Assembly: GCA_012729755.1 (NCBI GenBank)
Contig: JAAYCN010000030.1
Coordinates: forward strand, 18,738 to 82,737
Source: Chloroflexota bacterium
GTDB taxonomy: Bacteria; Chloroflexota; Anaerolineae; Anaerolineales; Anaerolineaceae
DNA: 64,000 bases
Reading direction: 5' to 3'
In this document: positions 33,066 through 41,530 of the stretch, one piece after another
Numbering within the stretch: the first letter of the stretch is position 1
Layout: each line of letters opens with the position of its first letter
Translations under genes and position numbers: made by a program
The notes under the pieces: model-generated
The model's input: only the letters and a program-made list of their open reading frames with translations
What the model was told of the DNA's origin: nothing
Database searches by the model: none

Positions 33066-34682
33066 TTGCTTATGCCTGTTGTGGCAAAAAACTTAGCTTC
33101 GTTATTCACACTTCCAGTCCAATTTTGGGTTTATCTGGTGGTGGGATTGACCTTTTTGGGGCTTATCCTTGCCGTCACCCTGTTAGCGAAAAGGCGAACC
33201 GCGCCCGCTATGGCGGAAGAACCCGCCCAGCCGACCCAAACAAAGCTGCCTGTTCAGGTGGCCTCAGCCTTATTAGATATAGGTCTTGAGACCCAGGAAG
33301 TCAACATTCGCAAAGCGCTTACCCACAGTCTTGGTCTTTTTCTCATGTCCGATCTGTGCGGACTCCTGGAAAAATCACCCGCCAGCGACGCTCTGGTCAT
33401 CAGCCAGATGTTTGACCTGATCCGCGAAACTCACCTTGAAGACTTTACGCTTAAGCAGCCAATCGAAGAAAAAACCATCCATAACATCCTCGTCGGGCTG
33501 CCGTTCATCGCCAATCACAAACAATCCGATCAATCGCTGCAAAACAGCTTCAAAAATGCTACTGGTTACAACGAGGCCGGCAGTCTGTTAGTCATTCCCC
33601 TTGGTGAGGATCTTGCCGCGCCCGCTATTCTCTGCCTCACCCCCTACACCCAGCGAGAGTTCCACCAACAGGATATCGACCTTGTTTTGCCGCTTAAACC
33701 CAAACTATTACAGGTGCTCTCTAAGGCCAGCGACATTGACGAACGGGTGAATGCCGCGGAGACTTTGCGGCTGTCTCTCAAACAGCTCACTCGCTCTCAC
33801 AACCAGATTCAGGAACAGCTCATCCGCAGTCAGCAGCTGCTCGAAGAAGCCAAAATCAAACTCGCTGACCATAAAAACGACACCACTCAGGAAGTTGCCC
33901 TGTGGGTCGAACGCCAGCAGGCGCTCGAGGCTGAAGTAGACGACCTGACCGAGAAGATCGCCGAGAACCTCTCCGCGGTTCAGGAAGCCAAAGAAATTAA
34001 GCAACAGTGCGACGCGCTCGAAAAAGCGCTCGAAGAAAACAAACGCAATATCAGCGAACTGAATACGACCCTTGCTAACGCGCAGGGAGTGATTAACCAG
34101 TCAATCGGCAAAACTGAACCCGCCCCATCAGACTCGCTCGCTGGTTTTGTTTCCAATGCCAGCGGTTATGGCATGAATAACGATCCCGCATCACTCGAAG
34201 CTCAATATAACCAGTCGATCCACCAGACCGCGGCTGATTTCGCTCAGCGCGACATTACCCTTTTAGTCCAGGTTGAACCTTTGTCCAGCGACTTTGCGCC
34301 GCTTACGCTGACCGCCCTGAAGATAATCCACCTGATGCAGTTGAATGCCTATAAAGCTTCGCCCAATCATGCCACAGTCGAAATCACCGTTTCAGCTCAG
34401 CAGGACGAACAGCAAAATCCCGCTCTCGAAATTCTGGTAACCGACCAGGGCGGCGGCATTTCACCCCAGGAGCAATCTCACTTCCTGCGTTTCGCTCGAA
34501 GCAGCCACCATCCGGTTCCAGCTGGCATCGGGGACGCGGCTGCCCTGCGCGAAGTCGTTCAATTGGTCGAACAGGCGGGTGGCCACCTTTGGATTCACAG
34601 CGCCAAAGACCAACTCACTACCTACCGTATTTTATTGCCCGGCAGTGCCCATCCTGCCGAAAAAAGCGTCCTTGAAAAATGA
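33066..34682 (+). CDS. Membrane-anchored coiled-coil protein with a C-terminal HATPase_c-like domain (atypical sensor-kinase-like)
   Basis: One N-terminal TM segment and a long heptad-like region (about residues 230-340). C-terminal N-box-like LNAYKASPNHA, G1-like VTDQGGGIS and G2-like GIGDAA. No canonical H-box recognised. The start is uncertain (TTG 33066 or ATG 33072). Confidence 0.6.
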   Translation: MLMPVVAKNLASLFTLPVQFWVYLVVGLTFLGLILAVTLLAKRRTAPAMAEEPAQPTQTKLPVQVASALLDIGLETQEVNIRKALTHSLGLFLMSDLCGLLEKSPASDALVISQMFDLIRETHLEDFTLKQPIEEKTIHNILVGLPFIANHKQSDQSLQNSFKNATGYNEAGSLLVIPLGEDLAAPAILCLTPYTQREFHQQDIDLVLPLKPKLLQVLSKASDIDERVNAAETLRLSLKQLTRSHNQIQEQLIRSQQLLEEAKIKLADHKNDTTQEVALWVERQQALEAEVDDLTEKIAENLSAVQEAKEIKQQCDALEKALEENKRNISELNTTLANAQGVINQSIGKTEPAPSDSLAGFVSNASGYGMNNDPASLEAQYNQSIHQTAADFAQRDITLLVQVEPLSSDFAPLTLTALKIIHLMQLNAYKASPNHATVEITVSAQQDEQQNPALEILVTDQGGGISPQEQSHFLRFARSSHHPVPAGIGDAAALREVVQLVEQAGGHLWIHSAKDQLTTYRILLPGSAHPAEKSVLEK

Positions 34683-34725
34683 GTATACTTAGCGATTGAG
34701 CGGAATCCGCCCTCTGAAAGCATCT

Positions 34726-35760
34726 ATGAGACTGACAAAATATCAAATCATCACACTGGCAGTTTTTGGGGTTATCTCCATCACAGTTTTAGGCGTTTTA
34801 ACTTCCGGCATTATCGTCAACGCCATGGTGAGCAACCCCAACTCATCTTTCCGGATCAGTCTGGCTAATTATTACGCCACCCCAACCCCGTTCCAGCCAA
34901 ACGCCTACGCCAACATCCTCGAGGATGGCACAATCGAGATGCTGCCTCAACCCATTCTGACTCCCACCCCCGTACCAACCTTCCCAGTGGCTGACCTGCC
35001 AAAAAACCAGCTCAATATTCTCCTGCTGGGCGTCGACGACTTCGGCGAGAACAATTTTCGCACTGATGTGATCATGCTGCTTTCCATCAGCCCCAAACAC
35101 AAAACCGCCAGCCTGATTTCCTTTCCGCGCGACCTTTATGTCACCATCCCCGGTTATTATTCAAACCGTATCAATACCGCCTGGGGTTTAGGCGGTTGGC
35201 CTTTGCTTCAGGACACTTTCGAAGTCAACTTCGGCATCCGTCCCGAGCGCTTCATGATGGTTAACTTCAACGGCTTTGTAGATGTGATTGAGAGCCTCGG
35301 GGGCATCGACGTTGAAGTCACTGCCGAATTACAGGATTCATGCTATCTCACCCCCTCCGGCTGGTGCACAATCACCCCCGGCATGATGCACATGGATGGC
35401 GAAACCGCCCTTTGGTATTCGCGCTCGCGCCTCACCACCAGCGATTTCGATCGTAACCGACGGGCCCAGGAAGTGGTCAAAGCCGTCTTCAAGAAGGCGA
35501 TGAGCATGAACATGATTTTCAAGGCAGCTGAGTTTTATCGCTACTACCGCGATTACATCGACACGAATGTTCAGCTGATGGAGCTTATCCCGCTGTTTCC
35601 CATGGCATCAAACCTGATGAATACCGACAACATCCGCCACTACTCGGTTTCCGCAGACATGGTCGCGAACTATATCACCGCTGAAGGCGCGATGGTTCTT
35701 CTGCCTAACTTCGATGCCATCCGCGGCATGCTCGCCGAAGCCCTCTATCAGGGCGAGTAG
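34726..35760 (+). CDS. LytR-CpsA-Psr (LCP) family cell-envelope phosphotransferase
   Basis: TM anchor, then LLLGVDDFGENNFRTDVIMLLSI.P....ASLISFPRDLYV.IPG and R.SR....DFDR.RRQ motifs. The listed ORF opens at TTG 34696. Confidence 0.85.
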   Translation: MRLTKYQIITLAVFGVISITVLGVLTSGIIVNAMVSNPNSSFRISLANYYATPTPFQPNAYANILEDGTIEMLPQPILTPTPVPTFPVADLPKNQLNILLLGVDDFGENNFRTDVIMLLSISPKHKTASLISFPRDLYVTIPGYYSNRINTAWGLGGWPLLQDTFEVNFGIRPERFMMVNFNGFVDVIESLGGIDVEVTAELQDSCYLTPSGWCTITPGMMHMDGETALWYSRSRLTTSDFDRNRRAQEVVKAVFKKAMSMNMIFKAAEFYRYYRDYIDTNVQLMELIPLFPMASNLMNTDNIRHYSVSADMVANYITAEGAMVLLPNFDAIRGMLAEALYQGE

Positions 35761-35992
35761 CCCCGATACCCCTTGTTATCGCCGAAATGATTGTTAACAT
35801 GATGAAGGAATCGCGACACAGATCTCGCTGCTGTTTGGTAGCCGGAAAAGAACTCTGGTGATTGTCTCAGAACCATCGAACTTATCCGGAAAAATGTCAG
35901 ATTGATCGATATCATCGTGATAACCCTTTTGTGATATTAGATTTAGTAGAATTACCAGCGAAAACAAAGCGTTTTCAACCGCCGCATTGTGT

Positions 35993-36021
35993 TTGACAGT
36001 CTGTAAAGTTTGATTTACACT
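35993..36021 (+). promoter_or_regulatory. Putative promoter for the recombinase-like gene
   Basis: TTGACA, 17-nt spacer, TACACT, about 40 nt upstream of ATG 36058. Confidence 0.4.
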
Positions 36022-36057
36022 TACTAACCTATAACTATACGAAACAACGGAGCAGCC

Positions 36058-37008
36058 ATGGTCCAAAGCAACGCCGGTTTTTCAGCGCACATAACTGATA
36101 CGACCCTTGTTCTTCCCGCAATTCAAGCCTGGAAGATATTTTTACGCGACCAGGGGCGTTCAAACCACACCCTGAAAGCTTTTTCGGCCGATCTGACCTT
36201 GTTGGCCAATTGGCTGCCCACTGATAAGCAGATCGGCCAGATCACTACCAAAGACCTTGAGGAGTTCCTGACCTGGCTCGAAAAAGGCCGCGGCATCGCC
36301 TGCAGCCCCAAAACACTTTCCCGCCGCATCACCTCTCTCAAATCCTTCTTCCGCTGGCTGTCCGAAAACGGCACCATCGCCGCTGATCCCGCGCAAGAAA
36401 TCATCCAAAAGACTGTTGTTTCACCGCTGCCCGAGACGCTCACCAAAACCGAAACCGAGCTTGCCCTGCGTGCTGCTGAAGGCTTGCGCACCTCCGCCAG
36501 GCCCGACCCGCGGCCTTATGTATTGCTTAGGCTCGTGCTCGAAACTGCCATGAAAAAAGGTGAGGTGCTCAGCCTGATGACCAATCACCTTGAGATAGAA
36601 AACACCGCCGAACCATACGTCCATGTGCGCTATCCCGGATCACGCAGCGAATATCGCTACAAAGAGCGCAAGGTGCCCGTCTCGCTTGAATGGGTGGACG
36701 CCTACCAGGATTACGCCAATAAATACGAAATCAAAGATCAGGTGTTCCCCTGGTCTCAGCGCCGCCTTGAATATCTGCTTGAGGATGTCACCAAGGCCGC
36801 AAAACTCGACAAACATATCTCCTTCGACATGTGTCGTTGGACAAGCGTGCTCAATGATTTGATCGATGGGGTCGAAACCGATCGCATTCGTCAGAAATTG
36901 GGCATTTCCAAAATCCAATGGCGCGAAGTTTACGACAAATTGCGCCAATTGGCCAAAGATCAAGGTTATGACCTCGATCGTCTGCCCGGTTTTAGAAAGC
37001 TGGACTAG
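36058..37008 (+). CDS. XerC/XerD-like tyrosine-recombinase-fold protein with degenerate catalytic residues
   Basis: The N-terminal SAM-like core-binding domain is recognisable (W..FL......S.HTLKAFSADL..L..WL). In the C-terminal domain ETAMKKGEV replaces ATGLRxSE (Arg I to Lys), SFDMCRWT replaces HxLRH (His to Asp), and LGIS replaces LGHS. Arg II and a candidate Tyr (VYDKL) are retained. Confidence 0.7.
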   Translation: MVQSNAGFSAHITDTTLVLPAIQAWKIFLRDQGRSNHTLKAFSADLTLLANWLPTDKQIGQITTKDLEEFLTWLEKGRGIACSPKTLSRRITSLKSFFRWLSENGTIAADPAQEIIQKTVVSPLPETLTKTETELALRAAEGLRTSARPDPRPYVLLRLVLETAMKKGEVLSLMTNHLEIENTAEPYVHVRYPGSRSEYRYKERKVPVSLEWVDAYQDYANKYEIKDQVFPWSQRRLEYLLEDVTKAAKLDKHISFDMCRWTSVLNDLIDGVETDRIRQKLGISKIQWREVYDKLRQLAKDQGYDLDRLPGFRKLD

Positions 37009-37029
37009 TCACAAAACAAAGCAGGTACA

Positions 37030-38001
37030 ATGACATACTCTCATAACAAACGCAAGTCGGTAATTCCGTTTGTCCTCATCCTCATCCTCATCGCCATCGC
37101 CTTAGTCATGGTCGCTCTTTCCGCCGCCAGTCTTAACAAGATTCGTGAAGGGGATCCGGGATTCATTTCCAATCTCTGGTCGACCAAGAACGCGCCCGCC
37201 GACGACCCCTATCTGGCTGGCAGTCCTAACGCGCTGCCTGTTCCGCCCTATGTCAAGACGATCATGTTCCTTGGGTCAGACTACACACCCGAATCAGGTT
37301 ATCGCACCGATGTGATGCTTCTGGCCGCTTTTAACACGCGCACCGGCAAGATTAATCTCATGTCGTTCCCGCGGGATCTGTGGGTGACCATCCCAGGCTG
37401 GATGGAGCAAAGGCTCAATACAGCCCAACCACACGGTGGAGATCAGCTCCTCGGTGATACTCTGGCATACAATTTCGGGTTCAGGCCCCAACATTACGCC
37501 ATGGTCAACTTCGATGGTTTTCAGAATATCGTCCGCGAATTGGGCGGCATCGATGTCGAAGTCACTGAGCACATGGAAGACGCCTGCGGGCACGAAGACA
37601 CAGAATGGTGCGCGGTCGAGCCCGGAAGACAGCACATGGATGAGTTCAAAGCCATGTGGTACGTCAGGGCACGCAAAAACACCTCCGACTTTGACCGCAC
37701 CCGTCGAGCCCAGGAGGTTATCCAGGCCATTGTCAAAAAAGCGCTCTCACCAGGTCGGTTGGCCAAATTGCCTGGCTTCATCAAAGTAGTCCGGGAAAAT
37801 GTTCAAATGAGTTTCAAGCTGAACGAACTCTGGATTTACGCGCTCCCGCTTTCACGGTTTTTGCAGGATGACCTGGTCGCTACATACCGCCTCTCCCCCA
37901 ATGAGGCTTCAAGCTACACGACTGATGGCGGCGCTTCGGTGCTGCTCCCTAACACTCCTGCCATCCTGGAAATTTTAAAGCAGGTGTTTTGGATTAATTG
38001 A
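37030..38001 (+). CDS. LCP family protein, second paralogue
   Basis: TM anchor, then FLGSDYTPESGYRTDVMLLAAFN....INLMSFPRDLWV.IPG and ARKNTSDFDRTRRAQ. Confidence 0.85.
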   Translation: MTYSHNKRKSVIPFVLILILIAIALVMVALSAASLNKIREGDPGFISNLWSTKNAPADDPYLAGSPNALPVPPYVKTIMFLGSDYTPESGYRTDVMLLAAFNTRTGKINLMSFPRDLWVTIPGWMEQRLNTAQPHGGDQLLGDTLAYNFGFRPQHYAMVNFDGFQNIVRELGGIDVEVTEHMEDACGHEDTEWCAVEPGRQHMDEFKAMWYVRARKNTSDFDRTRRAQEVIQAIVKKALSPGRLAKLPGFIKVVRENVQMSFKLNELWIYALPLSRFLQDDLVATYRLSPNEASSYTTDGGASVLLPNTPAILEILKQVFWIN

Positions 38002-39445
38002 TTGGCCGTTCAAGCCAAAGATGCACGATATTGCCAACCGCTCGGTCGGTAATATTCGTCTCGGCGGGGCGCAGCCCCGCCACCCAGATAATCTTTTCCC
38101 CTTCCAAAACAACCGGCCACTTCACTCTGGCAGGTTGTGGGATTTTTAGGTTGACGAATAAATCGCTTAATTTTTGGCTGCCTTCAGGCATGCCAAGCGG
38201 TCTGATGCGCTCACCTGCCTTCGCGCCACGCACAGTCAACTTCATTCCAGGGTGAGCGATGGCAAGCCAGGCATGGTTCGGTGAAAGCCGCAGCCCCTCA
38301 TCCGCTGCCAAAAAGTCTCGCGCCCCCATTGCTTCCCACCTGAGAATCCATCCATTCTCAAGAAATACCGCTTCACCATCTTGCCACACTTGCCCTTCGG
38401 CGCTTTTTAGCTGCGGATAATCTGACAGATCAGGCGATGTCTCATCCAGAGTGAGCTGAATTGACTTTCCGATGCACCATATCATCAGGCCATCGCTCAG
38501 CGCAGTGCGTGCGCGATTTTTTTCAATCGCCTCTCGCGCGACTCTCACCATCTCAAGCCCAAAATCCCGTAAATTTGGCCTAACCGTCACCGCTGCTCTT
38601 CGTATTACCCTGTTCCTCAGCGCCTCGCTAAGACCCAAAAACGCCGTTCTATCCAACGTGATGCCTGAGGGATGCTCGCGAATTAAGCTGGAGTAGAAAG
38701 CTTCGTTTTCAAGTGCTTCCAACAGCCTCAAATCTGCCTGAGCCGCTTCAACATTCCTGAGCAGCGTTCGCCTCACTCCCGGGTTATAGGTTTCCAACAA
38801 AGGCAGCAATTCATTCCGCAGGCGGTTTCGGTAGATCCGCGGGTCATCATTGGTTTCATCCTCAACAAAGTCCAGCTCACGCGCGGCGCAGTAGCTCAGA
38901 ATTTCAGTTTTAGCAACGCCCAGCATTGGCCGGCAGATAGCGATCTGTTCATCAAAAGCCGCCAGTGTCGAGTGGTAAGCCATACCGCCTAAACCATCCA
39001 ACCCAGCGCCGCGCAGAAAATGCATCAGCACGGTTTCAACCTGGTCATCGGCGTGATGAGCGGTCACCACCGCGTAAGCGGAAAGCTTTCGCGCCAGCCC
39101 AAACAAAAACGCGTAACGCGCCTGACGTGCTGCTTCCTCAATGCCCAGGCCGGCGACTTTCGCCAGCTGCTCAACCTGCCCTTCGCCTTGTTCAAACGGG
39201 ATCCTCCAGCTTTCGCAAAGTGTGGCGACGAATCTGGCGTCACGTTCCGCTGTTTCACGCAAATGATGGTTGAAATGCCCCACCACAACCTTGGCCTTTA
39301 GTTCTTTCAAGATGTGCAGCAAGGCGACGCTGTCCGCCCCGCCAGAGACGCCCACAACCAGGGTCTGAGCCGGCTGCCAGCCACACTTTGTGGTCAATGC
39401 CTCGAGAATTGCGCTGCTGATCATGTCAAAATTATAGCATTCCAA
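37994..39445 (-). CDS. tilS: tRNA(Ile)-lysidine synthetase
   Basis: PP-loop VGVSGGADSVALL. 483 aa with a C-terminal TilS substrate-binding domain. 8-nt convergent overlap with the LCP gene. Confidence 0.9.
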   Translation of the reverse strand: MECYNFDMISSAILEALTTKCGWQPAQTLVVGVSGGADSVALLHILKELKAKVVVGHFNHHLRETAERDARFVATLCESWRIPFEQGEGQVEQLAKVAGLGIEEAARQARYAFLFGLARKLSAYAVVTAHHADDQVETVLMHFLRGAGLDGLGGMAYHSTLAAFDEQIAICRPMLGVAKTEILSYCAARELDFVEDETNDDPRIYRNRLRNELLPLLETYNPGVRRTLLRNVEAAQADLRLLEALENEAFYSSLIREHPSGITLDRTAFLGLSEALRNRVIRRAAVTVRPNLRDFGLEMVRVAREAIEKNRARTALSDGLMIWCIGKSIQLTLDETSPDLSDYPQLKSAEGQVWQDGEAVFLENGWILRWEAMGARDFLAADEGLRLSPNHAWLAIAHPGMKLTVRGAKAGERIRPLGMPEGSQKLSDLFVNLKIPQPARVKWPVVLEGEKIIWVAGLRPAETNITDRAVGNIVHLWLERPIN

Positions 39446-39515
39446 AGCTTAATTCCATCGCGGCCAAACGCGACACAAAAGGGGCTCTCCTTCAAGCTGA
39501 TGTATACTTTAACAG

Positions 39516-40559
39516 GTGAAACCCTATCTGATTGGCGTGACTGGCAATATTGCTTCCGGCAAAAGTGTTGTCCTGCAATATCTTGAAAACGCCGGGGCGT
39601 TAACGATCGACGCGGATCTGATCGCGCAGGATTCCTATCTCCCAGGCAACCCTGCCTGGAGACCAATTCTCGATCGATTTGGCGAAGACCTGCTTCGCGC
39701 TGACGGACAGATTAACCGTTCCCGCCTGGGCCGCACAGTTTTTTCTGACCCACAAGCGCTCACTGATCTCGAACACATCGTTCACCCCTATGTCTTCGAA
39801 CGCATCAATGCCCTTTATCATTCCGCAGGAACTCCCATTGTAGTCGTTGAGGCAATCAAACTGCTTGAGACCGATTTAGCCAACGCCTGTGACGAAATCT
39901 GGACTGTTTCCGCTCCGGTTGAGGCGCGCGTTCAGCGGTTGATTGAAACTCGTGGCCTATCCGAAAAAGACGCGCGTTTGAGAGTCGCTTCTCAGTCGCC
40001 TGAAGAGGACAAGATTTGCCGCTCTCAGCGCGTCATCAGCACCGCCGGCAGTTTTCAAGACGTATACAATCAGGTCGCTGAACATTTGGCTGACATATTA
40101 AGCCGCAACCATCTGAAATTTGATTATCGCGAACCCTGGCTGCCGCTCCATCCCGAAAAATTCAATATGGTCCTGCCGAAGCTTCATAACGCTATGCCGA
40201 ATATGGTCGCCCTCGAAGATATATATCGTCTGCTCAGCCGCACGAACCTTCTCACCGACCACGCAACCATAGTTTTGTTCAACCATCACCACCATCTGAC
40301 ATTGCTGCGCCGCTCCATCCCTTTTAACCTCGAGTTTGAAACCAAACAATCCATCCTGACAGAGTTGAACCGCCAGGCCTCGCTTCATCAGTGCGCCGCC
40401 TTAATTGTCAATCAACTTTGGCTGACAAAAACAGAAGCCAAACGTCTCGGGTTTGAGCCGGGTGACTACCCATTGAAAGGGTCTGAAAGCCTGATCTATC
40501 AGGAAGTGCTGCGTCGGCAAGGTCTGTTGCCTGGTGAAGTATACCGTAAAGCTTTTTAA
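39516..40559 (+). CDS. coaE: Dephospho-CoA kinase with an unassigned C-terminal extension of about 150 aa
   Basis: GTG start. LIGVTGNIASGKS P-loop and a CoaE core of about 195 aa. Residues from about 200 to 347 have no motif I recognise, apart from a faintly GNAT-like C-terminus (AKRLGFEP). Confidence 0.82.
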   Translation: MKPYLIGVTGNIASGKSVVLQYLENAGALTIDADLIAQDSYLPGNPAWRPILDRFGEDLLRADGQINRSRLGRTVFSDPQALTDLEHIVHPYVFERINALYHSAGTPIVVVEAIKLLETDLANACDEIWTVSAPVEARVQRLIETRGLSEKDARLRVASQSPEEDKICRSQRVISTAGSFQDVYNQVAEHLADILSRNHLKFDYREPWLPLHPEKFNMVLPKLHNAMPNMVALEDIYRLLSRTNLLTDHATIVLFNHHHHLTLLRRSIPFNLEFETKQSILTELNRQASLHQCAALIVNQLWLTKTEAKRLGFEPGDYPLKGSESLIYQEVLRRQGLLPGEVYRKAF

Positions 40560-40598
40560 GCCTTTTTCGGAGAATTACAGCCTTTTTCGGACAATTAC
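40559..40598 (+). repeat. Two tandem 20-nt direct repeats
   Basis: agcctttttcggagaattac / agcctttttcggacaattac (19/20), between the coaE stop and the cdaA promoter region. Confidence 0.85.
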
Positions 40599-40663
40599 CT
40601 GCGTCAACATTGGATTGCTCCTTCCAGAACGAGTATACTTAACTGAGATTTTCGTATAGGCTT

Positions 40664-41530
40664 TTGGGCATGCAGGAACTAATCAACAACCTACTCTTCA
40701 CCTTCCAGCGCTTTACATGGGCGAGCGTGCTGGATATCATCCTGGTGGCAGCCGTCTTTGGCCTGGTTCTTTTCCTGCTCAGAGATACCGAAGCCTTCAC
40801 ACTGCTGCGCGGTGTCTTCGTGCTCGTCGTGCTCATCATCCTGCTCACGACGATAGTCAACCTGCCCGCTTTCTCGTGGCTCGTGCGCACGTTGACGCCA
40901 ACATTGTTGCTGGCAGTTCCTGTCATCTTCGCCCCTGAGCTTCGCCGCGCTCTCGAACGAGTCGGACGAATTGGCGAGCTTGGCTTGCTCTACCGCCGCC
41001 GCAACTCCCAGGAATCGATAAAGATCGAAAAAGCCATCAACGCCATTGCCCGGGCAGCGGTGCAGCTTTCCGAACACCGTCACGGAGCGCTGATTGTCCT
41101 CAAACGCTTTGAGTATCTCGACCAATACTATAAGAACGGCGTCTGGCTCGACGCTGAGCTCACCCCCCAGTTGCTCATGCAGATCTTTTACCCCAACACA
41201 CCCCTCCACGATGGCGCGGTTATCGTGGAAAGCGATCGCATCAAAGCCGCCTCATGCGTCATGCCGCTTTCTTCCAGCGGCGTGCTCAACAGCCTGCCAG
41301 AACACTCGGTCGGCCTGCGTCACCGCGCCGCATTAGGCATCAGCGAAGTCAGTGATGTTATTGCGGTGGTCGTCTCCGAAGAAACAGGCACAATCTCTAT
41401 CGCCCATCGCGGTCGCCTCATCCGCCGCCTCGACCGCGATCGTCTGATCAACAGTATGCGCGCCTTTATGGCAATCGAAGAAACTGACCAAAAAGCCGCG
41501 CGGGCTGAACAAAAGGTGGACAACAAATGA
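40664..41530 (+). CDS. cdaA: Diadenylate cyclase CdaA (membrane DisA_N/DAC domain)
   Basis: Three N-terminal TM segments, then GALIVL, TPLHDGAVIVE.DRI.AA.CV.PLS and RHRAALG. The start is TTG 40664 or ATG 40670. Confidence 0.92.
   Translation: MGMQELINNLLFTFQRFTWASVLDIILVAAVFGLVLFLLRDTEAFTLLRGVFVLVVLIILLTTIVNLPAFSWLVRTLTPTLLLAVPVIFAPELRRALERVGRIGELGLLYRRRNSQESIKIEKAINAIARAAVQLSEHRHGALIVLKRFEYLDQYYKNGVWLDAELTPQLLMQIFYPNTPLHDGAVIVESDRIKAASCVMPLSSSGVLNSLPEHSVGLRHRAALGISEVSDVIAVVVSEETGTISIAHRGRLIRRLDRDRLINSMRAFMAIEETDQKAARAEQKVDNK

Noticed and set aside
33028-33070. Long imperfect hairpin (gcaattgcacccgtca ... tgacgggtgattgc) after gltX, as a terminator.
   Set aside because: No T-tract follows it, and the 3' arm overlaps the probable start codon of the next gene. 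It might modulate translation initiation, but the evidence is too thin to call.
35794-36066. 90-aa minus-strand ORF in the 297-nt gap before the recombinase-like gene.
   Set aside because: It has no RBS and no recognisable motif, and it overlaps the start of the recombinase-like gene. The gap is better explained as a promoter or leader region.
36058-37008. The integrase-like gene as a marker of a prophage or genomic island.
   Set aside because: The neighbours are housekeeping or cell-wall genes on the same strand. There is no adjacent tRNA, no att-like repeats and no phage genes. The active-site residues also appear degenerate.
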